From assembly GCA_963693365.1 (NCBI GenBank), contig CAVNZM010000001.1, positions 1,688,407 through 1,752,406 on the forward strand: a stretch of 64,000 nucleotides of DNA, read 5' to 3'. This document shows, piece after piece, positions 12,934-55,956 of this stretch (its first letter is position 1; every line of letters begins with the position of its first letter). The stretch comes from Amoebidium appalachense (Eukaryota > Protista > Ichthyosporea). The notes beneath the pieces were generated by a model. That model was given only the letters and a program-made list of their open reading frames with translations, was not told the DNA's origin and did no database searches. Made by a program: the position numbers and the translations under genes.

Positions 12934-14837
12934 ATGACTCGGAAGAAGACAGACTCGCCCGAAGATCCCTCGGGGGACGCTGAGAACACGCCAAACGCAC
13001 GTTCCAAAAGGTGGCACACATACACGCAAGACACGCTACCCCCCCTCTCTTCCATCCCCGCCGAGGGCAGACCACATGCTCAGACGCTTCCCCACTCGGG
13101 CTTGTTTGCCGCCACGTTAGAGTTCACCGCGCGTGGGCTGGGAAAGAGGCAAACGGTGTGGGGTTGGCTGCGACTGACGCCACACACAGACGCAGACAAG
13201 ACGGATTCAGACACGGACTCGACGCCAGAGTACGAGATAACATTCTCCAAACACACGGGAGAAGAGGGGGCGGTAGAGTGGGTGCACCCGGGCGAGTTTT
13301 TGGAGAGCCTTGGGTCAGAGGGGGCTTGGAAGCCCAAAACGAAGGTGCAAGGTTTTGGCGTGGACGGGGAGGGCGGTCTCTTCACTACGCACGTGCTGGC
13401 CCCGGGGGTGCAGCTGCCCCAACCCGTCTCTGATGTTGTAAAGGCGCTCAACATCCAACTGACAAGAAAGGCACGGAGGCCAGCCCCTGCCAAGCACGCA
13501 GAGTCCACCCCCACGAACCAACCCGCCATGGCACCTGTCGTCCATTCGGCACCCGTGCCTACTTTCAGATTCGGGCCCTTGGTTATTCCTCCCCCTGGCT
13601 TCAATAGTTTCGCCGTTCAACAGACACGGGGCAGGGGCACGCACACACATGCGGGGACAGCGGTGGACGTCCATCCACAACAACGGAGGGGGCGGCAATG
13701 GTCAAAACTGACGGGGGTGGAGCCAACACCAGTTCAGCTGCCTGCAAGAAGGAGACACAGGACTTTGGACAAGTCAAAGGACGGCACAGACGGGACACAA
13801 GCGAGGAAAAGACACAAAAGCGAGGAAGATCACGAAAACGAGGCCACAAAGGCGCCGTTCCATCCTTCTAGTGCCCCCCCCAATCGTGGAAGAGAGAACG
13901 AAAACGAGGAGAACAGAAACGGTTTTACAGAAACGGGGACGGACTTAAACGAGGACGGGATGCAACAGGTGGATGCAGAGGGGGTAGTAGGGGCAGAGGT
14001 GCTGGAAGTGGGCCAATGGAAGGACAATAACGAGGGTGACGAGAGTGAGGTTGACACTTTGGAGGGACACGGTTTGAATTTACAGAGGAGGGAGAGGGAA
14101 GTTAAGGAGGGAGAGGGGGTAATGGACACGGGGGAAATTGTGGATTATGAAAACAAAGAGGGTGGCGCGTATGAAATGAACGGGGGGCAGCAGCAAGTGA
14201 TGGGCGGGTTGCTTCAGGAAAATGAGGCATGGGAAGGCTGGCAGGCGGGGAGAATGGCGGGGGAGGGGGGAGGGGGGAGGGACGGGAACCGGCGATCACG
14301 GGCGGGACCCGGGGGGAGATGTCGTACTGGAAAATACAGAAAATGCAATTGAATCGAATTATGGATTTTGCGGATTTCACGGACAGGGAATGGAAAAAAA
14401 CGAAAGACGAGTTGGCCCTGTGGAAGGCGGGGCACGCGGAAATGAGGGAACAGTTAATCGTGGTGGCACAGGAAAAGGAAGGGGTGGAAGGACAGTTGAA
14501 GGAGAGAGATGGACAAATTGTCACATTGATTGGGGAGATTGAAGGATTGAGAGCGGAAAAAGAGTCATGGGAGGAAAAGGAAAGGGTGTTAACGGAACAA
14601 GCAACAAGAGAGAGGGAGCAATTCAGGGCAGAAAAACAGTCATGGGAGGAAAAGCAAAGGGTTTTGACAGAACAAGCATCGAGAGAGAGGGAGCAATTTA
14701 GGGCAGAGCTGGAAAAAATGAAGAAAGAAAAGGAGGAATTGGAGGGAAAAAACCGGGATTTGGCTGAGAAAAACACAGAACTAGAGGGAACAGTGAAAAA
14801 GGTGAGAGAGTTTTATCAGAATTTAGGTTGGTCTTGA
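12934..14837 (+). CDS. Intronless orphan protein with acidic middle region and C-terminal coiled coil; apparent frameshift in G-rich tract ~14255-14280
   Basis: A 472-aa ORF overlaps a 202-aa ORF across a G-run. The C-terminal half has a duplicated coiled-coil unit (RAEKESWEEKERVLTEQATREREQF / RAEKQSWEEKQRVLTEQASREREQF). No family recognised. Confidence 0.6.
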
Positions 14838-15084
14838 GAGCATAGGTGGGTCTGCGTAGAAATCAAAAAACGGTTAGTGTTTTCGAATGTGAGTGAACGT
14901 ACAGTCTATATTTGCCCACGCGTGCCCACGCACAACAAACAGACATCCCTTGGTTCTTGCACCCACACATATGCATGCCCCAACAGACACACGCACACAC
15001 GCATACACAGACGCAAGGACACATGCGCACACCCGAACGAAGGCACTCATGTGTGCGAGCACACGCACACACGTACGTGCACAT

Positions 15085-15309
<225 letters not shown>

Positions 15310-16260
15310 GTGATTTATAGTATGAGCAATGAATGTTTTTGGTTTCTTTTGACTCTTGAATTTGTGAAATGTGCTGTGTTCTATTTGCCACCTTATATAG
15401 ATATCTGCAAGTTGGGACTCTAAAGGATGTCGAAGTGTTTGTTAACGAGGCATTTCATTCATCATTCATTTTTCTCTCTTTTTAAGTTAATTTCTATTTT
15501 TTTTTTTTTTTTTTTTTTTTGGAGCAGGGAGGGTGGTGGTGCATGCACGTAGTGGTGGGGACTTTGGGTGGGTGGGAGGGAGGGAGGGGGGGAGGGGGGG
15601 GGGGGGGGGGGGGGGGGGACAGTATGTGGTATGACCCCCTGACACACCGACGTATATCAAGTAAATCATACCATTTTCCGTATTATTATTGCTATGATTC
15701 TCCCCCCCCCCCCCCCCCCCCCCCCCTAGATCTCTCTATCTCTCTCTCTCTCTCCCCCCCCCCCCCTCTCTCCCCTCCCCCCCCCGTCTTTCTCTCTCTC
15801 CCCCTCTCCCTCTCTGTATCTCTCTCTGTCTCTCTATCTCTCTCTCTGTCTTTTTTTTTTGGGGCGGGGGGGAGGAAGGACGGCTGATACGTGAAAGGGG
15901 GAGAGGGGGGGGGGGGGGGGGAGGGGGGGGGAGGGGGGAGGACTACTAGTACACGTATAGTTACTTATTTGCTTGACGCAACCACGCCTTTAACTGCTGG
16001 GAAGGGCTCTTGTACATATAGCTAGATTGTGGTATTCCGGATATATATACACACACAGTTTGCAAAGAATATGAAGTCAGTGACATTGAAATTTTCGTTC
16101 AAAAACACCTGCATGCATGGTGCCTCGTACAGTTGGGCCTATGATGTCGAACCTTTAAAGTATTCATAACGGAGGACCCCGTCTTCCCCCCCCCCCCCCC
16201 CCCCCCCCCCCCCCTTCCCGCCCGGCGAGCGCTAATAAGAGGGGGAGAGAGGGGGGGGGG

Positions 16261-16320
<60 letters not shown>

Positions 16321-16387
16321 GGGTGGGGGAGGGAGAGGGAGAGAGAGTGTGTGTGTGCCTGCATGAAGGAAGAGTGCCTGTGTGTGT

Positions 16388-16418
<31 letters not shown>

Positions 16419-16938
16419 GGGGGGGGGAGTACTTTTAGCAGATCAGAGTATCAATCGACACATAGGCCCTATGTGCCCTACTTGTGTTGCTCTTAACGGT
16501 AAGACGCACGTACGTGCACGGGTACGACTTGTGAGGCCTCTTAGTTGTATTTTCTTCAAGATCTGCCTCCCCATGCCGCATCCCCCCCCCCCCCCCCCCC
16601 CCCCCCCCCACACACACACCATGCCGCATTTCCTTCCCACCCCCCCCCCCTCCCCCCCCCCCCCCCCCCCCCCCCCTCCTCCTCCCCCACCCCTTCACCA
16701 CACACACACACACAAACACGTCGCACACCACCCTAGGCCTTCTCCCGGGACCACCTTCAACCTAAAGGAGAACCAATTTTTCTTTGCCTTAGGAATGGGC
16801 ATTTTGCCGCTCCCTTAAAACTCAATCAAACCACCGCAGTCGGCAGTTCCAATAGATACTTTTAACCCTCTATTGCTTACATCACCTCCCATGCGTAACC
16901 TAACCTATCATACTGCTTCACTTGAACATGGGTGGGTC

Positions 16939-16982
<44 letters not shown>

Positions 16983-17401
16983 TGAGTGTGTGTAGGGGGG
17001 GTGGGGGGGGGGGGGAGGGGGGTAGAAGGAGGGGGATAGGCTAAATTGCAAGAAATAAGTTTTTATAACGAACCCACCCAATACAGTAAAGCAAACGTAA
17101 AGTTTATTGCACTCCGTCAGACACACACTGCATATCCTTATATTCCAACACATAAAATCATCGTTATGACAACACTCGTGTGTTCCATTGATTCATCAGA
17201 AACATCGATAATTACTCTTAAACCCCAACACGGCCCCGTCATGATTGGCTACAAATCATTACACTGAAACAGACTTCTATGAATACGATCGATAACCCCG
17301 GAACGAAATTTCCCGTGCAAACTGTTGTACTACTATTTTCAAACTTTCAATATTCCATGTGATCAAATACCCTTCACCCGGCTTCCACGTTTTATTTACC
17401 T

Positions 17402-17440
<39 letters not shown>

Positions 17441-17588
17441 TTCCCCCCTCCGGCCGATGCCCCCGAAACCAACAAACAAGAAGAAGAAGAAAAATGAAAA
17501 ATAGAACACCAACACGCGTAAAAGCGCGCGTGCACACACACCCACTTAACCACCCACACCCACACCCACACCCATACCCACTCCCACC

Positions 17589-17632
<44 letters not shown>

Positions 17633-17636
17633 CACA

Positions 17637-17680
<44 letters not shown>

Positions 17681-17910
17681 CCCACACACCCACACACCCA
17701 CACCCACACACACCCACACACACACACACACACACCCACCCACCCACACACACACACACACCAAATCCAAACCACCACTTGAACATGCACCTTTACCTTT
17801 CGATCACACTGCATCGTTACTACGATTACGCCAATCGCTGCAAACCAAAGGCCTAAAATCCCACGGTTCAACAAATCTTATCCTATACCAACAGGGCAAA
17901 AAAAAAAAGC

Positions 17911-17945
<35 letters not shown>

Positions 17946-18037
17946 ATCCCGCAGAAAAAACTACCATCCGTCCTCAAATTTCATGCAATCCAAAATCTAT
18001 CTACATCCATTTTCATGGGTGGATATTCACTGTATAT

Positions 18038-39936
<21,899 letters not shown>

Positions 39937-41075
39937 GAGACTGGTACCTACAAATGATTGGGCCGAATTACACAACACAAATGTGCTGTGTTACTGCCCT
40001 GTGGTCGAAAAAGAAGAGGAGAAGTAAAAGGACTACATGCTACCAATGTTAATGGCAAAAATGTGGGTTTATATGAATGCAAGCGAGGCTAGTGTGTTGC
40101 GTTTTACCATACTACAGCCAAGAACTTACAGGGCTACTCTTGTCTGATTACTAAATGTGTATATAGAAACAGGCCGAATCCGGCGTGTCAAAACAGTGAT
40201 TCGTTCTAATTAAGCCTTATATCTCTTTCCATCTACAAAAAAGGTTGTTTCTTATATTTGTTATCAGTGTTAGATTTGGTTATCTCTCTAAACGCACCCG
40301 TGCGTATGTATATACACACGCACATACCCTTTGTGTACGTGCACTTCAGGTGTATGTACAAGAGTGCGTTGTGTCCCTATTAAAACAGTGTAGCCTTACG
40401 TAAATTAGCATCATATGATTGGTACAAAGAGAACCATGATGCTGTGTTATCCAATCAAATGATCATAAATGGCAATCCTTTGCTTCGAGTCACCTTGAAA
40501 CGTCAGTGCTACCGCTCCTACTATGACGTTGTCTTGTGGCATAGTTCTAACCAGCTGTTCTAACCACGAAACTTAATACACATGGGGAAAACAGCGCGTG
40601 CGAAAATGGGTAGAAATGTACATCCTTTGCCATTAGGTTCCCTCCCGTGTGGTGCTACAAAACTTTGGGATGTGATGTCAAGGCAATTTTCCTCACTATC
40701 TATTCGTATGCTCCTACACACAAAGATCTGGTGTCGCAGCGGGCGGTCATATCGTGTTTATTTTATATATAGCTATGGCCAAGGGCAAAAAAATATGCAC
40801 ATCTGCATGCATCATAACGGCATCATGCGGCATGTGCGTGGACAGTAACGGCCATCACACGTACACGCGCGCGCGTACACCCACACACACACCCACACAC
40901 CTACACACACCCAAATAAATGCACGTGTGCACTTTTTTGTGTGTGTGTACGTGTGTGTACGTTTGCGTGTGTGTGTGTTTGTGTGTGTGCTAGCGCTTGT
41001 GTGTGTGTGTGTGTGTGGGGGGGGGGGCTTGTTCAAGTTTTCAATTATTTGTACGGTTGTTTTTTTTTTTTTTTT

Positions 41076-41106
<31 letters not shown>

Positions 41107-42275
41107 GGGAGGGCTTGTTGTTGTTTGGAGGGGAGAGGGAGAGGGGGGGGGGGGGGGGGGGGGGTAGAGTGTAGCAGCATGGATCATAGTACATAGTAGT
41201 CCGGTAAAATTAATTAAAACGAAAGGGGAAAAAAAAACAGAAGAAAGAAAGTAAGAAAGAAAGCTGTGAGAGGGAGGGAGAGGGGTGAGGGGGCCCCGGG
41301 GGGGGGGGGGGGGGGGGGGGGGCATGGTGGTGGAGGTAGGAGTCAACAACACTCCCACCAACATGTACACTGACACTAACACAAACTGTATCTGTACACA
41401 CCATTTCGATGTTGTTGCCACTTATTGGCTTTTGTTTATACATGTACTACTCAAGCCTTCACCCACAGAACGCTAGAGCTCTTGTGTGTCTCCATGAGCC
41501 ACACATATAGTAGATTAATATTAAGTGGTTTTTCTGAAACCACATCAGACCACAAATCTAGGTTTTCAAAAGCCCCTGCGATAAAAACGAGAACACTGCC
41601 TAATAGTTCACAACGTCCGAAACTATTCTCACACTTGTACGTATCAAACCCCAAAATTCGCACCGTTTTTGACCCTCGCATTTATCTTAGACTGACCGAC
41701 TTGTTGAGACAACAATGTATGAATGCACTGAAAAAAGAGGAAAGGGAAAAAAAAATCTACTAAAACATTCACGGTGTTTCTATGCTAGTTTCCGCGCAAC
41801 CCAAGGTGTAATGCTGTGGTCTGAGATTAAAAAAAAAAAAAAAAAAGCAGTGCCGGAAAATCGAAAAGTTGATGTCAAAGACAACTAATTAGACTATACA
41901 ACGACGTAACCAATGAACGGAAGACACATTCGTGCACTCACAAGATAACTGCTTTAAATGGATATGTGGTGACACACGACAAGTCTCCTCATACGCATGC
42001 ACGTGTTGTGTATCCGTGTGTGTGTGTGTGTCGGGGGGGGGGGGGGGGAGAGTCTGTGTGTGTGTGTGTGTATGTGTGTGTGCGCGCGCGCGTATGTATG
42101 TGTATCCGTGTGTGTGTGTGTGTGTGTGTGCGTGTGTGTGTGCTAACGCATCGTCTGTGCACACGCTATCACCAAGTCAATCACCACCATATCCAAATTC
42201 CAAACAACCGAAGCCAACCAACAACCAAAACCCAACAGAACCCCAAACCCACCCCAATTTACACCCCAACTAACA

Positions 42276-49751
<7,476 letters not shown>

Positions 49752-50188
49752 GAGTAAACCCTAGATGAGTCAGCAGTGAGTGTAAAGTTGTAGCCGGTGT
49801 GAAACCGCAAGGAAAGAACAAGGAAACAAAAGAAAGCGGAGGTGAAACGAAAGGAAGCGGAAGGGGGGGGCGGGAGGGGGAAGGCGGGGGGAGGGTGGTG
49901 GAGTGGGGGGGGGGGGGGGGGGGGGGGATAAGGGTAGACTGTCTCATGGAGTATGAAGTACACAGAACGGACAATGCAATTTAGTGTGTACACCACACAC
50001 AAGTGGGAAGCGGGAACGTGGGAAGGGGGAGGTGGGGGGGGGGGAGGTGGTAGAATGTGTTATGGAGTATGAACTACACAGTCACAAAATTACAACCCAG
50101 CGGAGATTTTTGCAAAAAGAAGAAACACAAAGAGTTTGAGTTATATGCACAGCCCATCCTCAAGAGAGAAAGAAGGAGAGTGGGGAGG

Positions 50189-50219
<31 letters not shown>

Positions 50220-50490
50220 TCGTTTAGGGGTTCAAGTGGAGTTGGGAGCATACGTTTTGTTTTCTCATTTTGTTAGTTTCGTGGTGGTGGCGGGGAGAGG
50301 GAGGGAGGCGGAGGGGGAGGGGGGGGGGGGGGGGGGGGGGGGTGTAAAAGGGTGTAAAAGGGAGTGCAAAAGACGTGGACAGAGAACACAAATAGGACCG
50401 TTGCATGGCCCTACAAAACGGGTTTCTCTCCTTGACACACGTACACACACACACACACACACACACTCTCTCTCTCTATATATATGTGTG

Positions 50491-50538
<48 letters not shown>

Positions 50539-52752
50539 CCCCCCCACCCCCCCCTTCTCTCTCTCTCTCGCCCCCCTCTCTCCCCACTGCCTCCTCCCCC
50601 CCTCCCCCCCCCCCCCCCCTCCTCAACTTCCCTCTATCCCTCTCTACCTCTCTTCCCCCCCTCCCCCCCCCCCCGACTCCCAATCTCCCTCTCCCCGCCC
50701 TCACCACCTTGATGTCCTGCCTCTCTTCTCTCTCTTTCCCACACACACACACACTCTATCTCGGCTCCCTCCCTTTCGCTCGTCCCCCCCTCCCCCCCTT
50801 TCTCTCCCGCCCCTCTCCACTCCCCCACCCTCTGCCCCCCTGCCGCCCTCCCCCCCTCTCTCTCTGTCTTTGGTCGGAGGGCCCGGGAGGGGAAGGGGGG
50901 GGGGGGGGGGGGGGGGGGGTGATGAACACTTGGGAGAGTAATAACAGCGTGGGGAAACCACAGAACCATAAGTTTGGGGTGTATTTGGGCCCACGTGTGT
51001 GAGTGTGTGTGCTTTGAAGGGCACAGAGAGGGAAAATCATGAAGCTATAATCCCTTAATCAGCCTATGATAATAAAAAGCAGAGTTCCTCGTGTGCATGG
51101 ATAAATGGAAATAAAAAAGCCACCAAATGTCTGGCATAGACAAGCTCCATGAGCAAAAGAGTGCAAAAGAAAGTGTAATGGGCGGACAACAGACAACATC
51201 AAACCAAGTAGACAAGATAACAAGGAAGCGCACCGGACACCAGCAAGCAAATTGTAAGTAGAATCCGAGCAGCACTGCCCACCTTGTTGACTTTGCTTAA
51301 CAGCAGCTGGAGTGAGTTTTACTCTTTTCCCTCCGCGTTACCAGATCAGGAACCGCTTGTCGCGCACGCTTCCTACCTTGATTTCGTAAAACTCAGAACT
51401 AGAAACAAAAGAGGAAATGAAAACAGGTGATATTGCTTCTTTAATGCTTGTTACTGCTGATAAAAAAAGCAGGATCAGAGCCTGTTCAAAAACGTTCGTT
51501 TTCCTGTAGCTCTGTGTACTAAGATGGTAAGGAGAGAGCCACAACAGCAACCACGTGGCCGGGAGGGGGGAAGAAAAAAAAAACTCACTGCTCAATTCCA
51601 AAGGCCTTATATTTCCTTCTGCAGCACCTATGGACTCTTTTCATCTCTCTGCTAACAAAATCCATGTTTTCTCTTTGATAAGTTCTTTTCTTTTGCCTTT
51701 TTTTTTTTCCCGGGCGTGCGTCCACAAAGTGCGGACTGAGCCAAACAAAGTTTTGGCGCGCCAATCAGCGGCCTGGACAACGGTAGCACTAGCAAGTTCT
51801 TAGTCTGTTGTGATCGTGACGTCATTAATTGGCCTTATTGCAGTGATAAATGCAATGTTGGAGGTAGTCATTCTACTTGTAGGTCATTTTAGGTACACAG
51901 TATACGTAGGACATAGGACGTGAGGGAGCACATGCGCGGCGGCATGCAGGGCCCTGGTGGAGGGTATCCAGTTTGTTATCCAACCTCATCGCCCCCTCCC
52001 CCCCCCCCCCTCCCCCCCGGGACCACCACCACCATCACCACCAATTTTTCCCCCCGCCATCACCAGCCTTTTTTTTCGGGGGGGGGGAGGGGAGGGGGGA
52101 AGCAGGGGGCAGGGGGGGGGGGGGGGGGGGGGGAGGCGGGCAGGGGGCAGGACGAGGGGAGGAGGAGGTGGGAGGCGCGCAGGGGGAGAAGGGGAGGGGG
52201 AGTGCTGGGAAAAAATTCTGTTAGATCGTGTATTTATCTACTTCAACCAAATGTGAAGGCTTGCCACTAAAAAGAAAAACCCATACTCATAGTCAAGTTG
52301 GCACATGACTTTTTTTGCTGGAGAAGAGCATGAGTCAAGGGGACGAGGGGGGAAGGGGGGGGGAGAGGGGGGGGGGGGGGGGGGAAGCACCGGGAAGTAG
52401 GAGGGGGTGTGTGGGTGTGTGTTTGTGTGTGCGTGCTCGTGTGTGCATGTGTGTGTGTTTGTGTGAGGCAAGCGGAAGAGGAATGAAAGGGAGAGGGAGA
52501 CAGGAAGTGAGACGATATGCAGGAAAGAAAAAGCAGGAGGTTTTTTTTTTTTTTTTTTTTTTTTTTTGTATACTTATGTAGCAGGTAGGCCTGAACAGGC
52601 AAAAATGGACATATATGTGTGTGTCTGAACGAAGAATTACCTCGACCGTACCCCCTTCATCTCACCTTGCTCTTATTCATGTCTCACCTAAACACCCCCC
52701 CCGCCCCCTCTCTGTCTTCCCCCCCGACCTCCCCCCCCCCCCCCCCCCCCAG

Positions 52753-54552
52753 ATACGCCATCATGCCTCCTATCGATTCCCGACAAGATGATATTCCAAA
52801 TATTCCGATTTCTCCGTCTCCGCAATCACGTAACAAGCACGCTCGTGCGCCGCCGGTTCTGCATTCTTGCGCAAAAACTACAGTCGGGACCCATAGCCCT
52901 CACTTTTCCACGTCTCCTCCGACGGGGTTCCGTGATTGGTGCGCAGGTGAACCAACTGTCGAAATGGAGCGACGCGATTGGCCGCTTGGTGATAGACGGG
53001 CTCTATCTCTTTCACATCGACAGCCCCGTGGAAGATTTGGTGGATAGGATTCGGGAATGCGCCGGAATTCTCCGGAATCTGTCGTCGCTGGTGTTGCTGT
53101 CGAGTGCAGACGACACGATTTTGCGCGAGGATCGAAAGGTGGATTTCTTGCGCGACATTGTGCAAGATATCGCGTGATCCGGCGCAAATTTGAAATCGGT
53201 TTCTTTCCCCGTGCGGCTGGAGAGCGAATGGTCGACGGACGGCGTAATTTCGGACGTTCTGGACTATTTCCCCCACGTCAGGAATATAACGGTCGAATCT
53301 ACTGGGGTTTTTTCGCGGTTGGCAAAAAAATACGGCGATCGCCTGGGTAGATTACAGTCGATTGTGGCTGCGACACTCAGATCTCCGGGTGATATGCTCC
53401 TGCTAAAGGGGTTGAAGAACGTGGAATTTATGTGTTTGGATGGGCCCGGGTTTGAAGCATTAGCCCAATGCCCGTCTCTAGAATCGCTGAGAGTGAACCC
53501 GTTTTCGGGCGACATTTCCACACTCTCCAAACTCTCGCGTCTATCAAAACTGTTCATTGGGCGAAGTGAGCGAGCGGAGGCAATTTCGGAGCTGCCTCCC
53601 TTGTCGGCGCTAGCTTCACTCGAGTGTAACGAAACGGTGATACATAATCGTCTCTGGAAAATCCCCCCCAGTTGAAAGAAGTGCAAATTGCAGTTGGACC
53701 CACCCCACTTGCACCGGATTTTGAAATTTTGGCACCCAAGCTGAAACTTTTGGTGCTTCGGCGAATGGGCTACATGCAACCCGCCGAAATTCCGAGTTTG
53801 GGGTTCTTGCGCCAATGTGGGAATATGCGAAAATTGAGTTTGGATAACGTTACGTGGGGGGATTTTTCGCAGCTGAAGAGCCTCAGCTGCCTCACGTCAC
53901 TGAAACTCGAATCGGCGGGGGTGACATCTGTTGCCCCACTGGGTGACGTCAATTTTTTACCAAATTTGGTTGATCTTTCCATCAGCCACTGTCCAGTAAC
54001 AAGCCTGGACGGGCTTGAATCACGTGCAAACAGCCAGCTACGCATGCTATTCCTCCAATCGATTCCCATCCACACGCTCGAGCCAATCATGCGAATGGGT
54101 GTCGCCAGCGTCATAGTCGGAAGATGCTCCTATCTTTGCACCCTCGGAGTCCCGCCTAATCAATCGGATAACAGAAACACGCCTGAATTTCCACAGGGGG
54201 GCTTTAAAACTTCAAGACTCGTGAATTTCCAAGCTGATTACTGCGATTTGCTATCGGATATTTCATCTTAGTCTGTCTGCCCCAACCTGAGGGTTCTACG
54301 TGTGCGCCACTGCCTGCCAATTTCCGATCTGACCCCCCTCGCGTCGTGTACAAATCTCGAATGTGTCCATATGTTACAGCTCCCCGCAATTACGGATATA
54401 ACCCCCCTGGGCGAACTTTCGTGTTTACGTTTTGTGCATTTGTACGGGGTTCATGCAGCGGACGAATGTGTCTGGCCAGGTGCCCATATCTAACGGCCAA
54501 AAATGTGACCATTACGGGAGAGGTTATGGCAGCGCCCGGCCAGAGGTTGTGA
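52753..54552 (+). pseudogene. F-box + leucine-rich-repeat gene, disrupted
   Basis: F-box-like LLSIPDKMIFQIFRFL...LVRRRF, then LRRs (DISTLSKLSRLSKLFI, LKSLSCLTSLKLE, ISDLTPLASCTNLECV). In-frame TGA at 53175-53177, frameshift near 53660-53672, in-frame TAG at 54269-54271. Confidence 0.75.
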
Positions 54553-55120
54553 AATTTCTTGATGGAGGTATGGACCCCCCTCCTTTTGGCCCTCTATCAA
54601 ACCTCCCCTCTCCCTCCTCCCCCCTCCCCCCCCCGGGGCCCCCGCTGACTGTGTGTGTGTGTGTGCCTGGATATGTGCATGCCTCCGTGCGTGTGTGTGC
54701 GTGGAGGTGATTGTGTGTTTGTGCGCGTGCGCGTGAGTGCTGGTGTGTGCTTGTATGGCCGCATGTGTGAGTGTGTGTGTGTACGTGCGTGTGTGGACGA
54801 ATATAAGCACGTGCATGTGTTTGTGGTTATTTTGGTTTTTGCTTCAAGGAAATGAACGTGCCCCACCCGCTCGCTGGGGGGGGACTACGATGACATGTTA
54901 TCTCTTTAAAAACCTGTCATGCCACGTAGTAACTGGTTCCCCCTTTCTACTATGTAGTTTTCAGTAAATATTCCATGCTCCTAATCCCCTACTTTATAGT
55001 CAAAACAACCCGCATCCTCTTTCGATGGCTCTGTTTCGAAAGTTTTGAATTTTTTGTTGTCTTTCTTGATGTCTTTGCTCTCGTGTTGCTCACGTTCTAA
55101 AGCTAATCCCCCTTCCCCCC

Positions 55121-55387
55121 GCAACCCTGCTCGTCTTTGATCAAGACGGGTTGACCCGCCCAAGCTCAGTTGATGCTGCTGTCTGAGTTGGAGTGTCGTA
55201 TATACGCGGGCTAAGGGGTCGAAACTCAGACGCAATTGATGACTTGGGTCCTCCCTGAGGATGGGCTCTGCTTATGACGCATACTGTGCACATGGCTGAT
55301 GTTGCATACTTGAATGTTTGCCTTTGCATGTGTCCTGCACCATGCTTCTCGTCGTGTATGCGTACTTTGTACCGTGTTCCGCATTCA

Positions 55388-55390
<3 letters not shown>
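55121..55390 (+). mobile_element. Poly-C-tailed non-coding element, subfamily B, best-paired structured core
   Basis: Near-identical inverted copy of 19123-19392 and 48591-48845. Ends CATTCAAAC followed by ~C30. Confidence 0.85.
55129..55268 (+). ncRNA. Candidate hammerhead-like self-cleaving RNA motif with pseudoknotted topology
   Basis: GUU 55187-55189, GAAA 55221-55224, CUGAGGA 55255-55261. Helices GACCC-GCCC/GGGC-GGGUC, GUCUGAG/CUCAGAC and GGAG/CUCC covary with the copies at 44.9 and 45.3 kb. Confidence 0.55.
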
Positions 55391-55420
<30 letters not shown>

Positions 55421-55698
55421 TTTTCCATCTGTTCGGGTTTGTGGTGCGATCGGTCAAATCTAAGGTCATAAATCTATTCAAGGTTGGACACTACACATGT
55501 GTTCTTTTGTTGTTGTGTATTCTTGTCCTTTATTTGATTAAGTTGGAAACTACAATGGTCTCTGCTTATAATGCACACGATTTACGTGTGCTTTGGCATC
55601 TGCTTTTGTTTGGTTGTCCTAAACGTGCGCTTCATAACCTGTAAAGCATTCTAACCTTTCTCCCTCCCCCCCCCCCCCCCCCCCCTCCAGCTCCCCCC

Positions 55699-55733
<35 letters not shown>

Positions 55734-55750
55734 TGCACGCGCACACATAC

Positions 55751-55819
<69 letters not shown>

Positions 55820-55903
55820 GGAACACGGCGAGGGGTCCAGCCAAACCGAAGAGGAGAGCAGGAATGTTGTAGTAGCCCTTGGAGAGGTGCTATGAGAGGA
55901 ATT

Positions 55904-55956
<53 letters not shown>

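Noticed and set aside
51270-51700. Possible upstream exons of the Tudor-knot gene
   Set aside because: All frames tried hit stops; it may be UTR or promoter, and coding cannot be supported.
53175-54271. Stop-codon reassignment or selenocysteine suggested by in-frame stops here and at 8475
   Set aside because: The stops are of different types (TGA, TAG) and fall at expected Gly/Leu positions, other genes terminate normally, and no SECIS was identified.
55153-55231. HDV-like ribozyme reading of the core (GGCUAAGGG / GGUGAAUGGG resemble the HDV J4/2 region)
   Set aside because: No P3/L3/P1.1 could be built, the P1 partner lies downstream, and the would-be catalytic C is U in subfamilies A and C, where it covaries as a base pair. 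Kept only as a weaker alternative.
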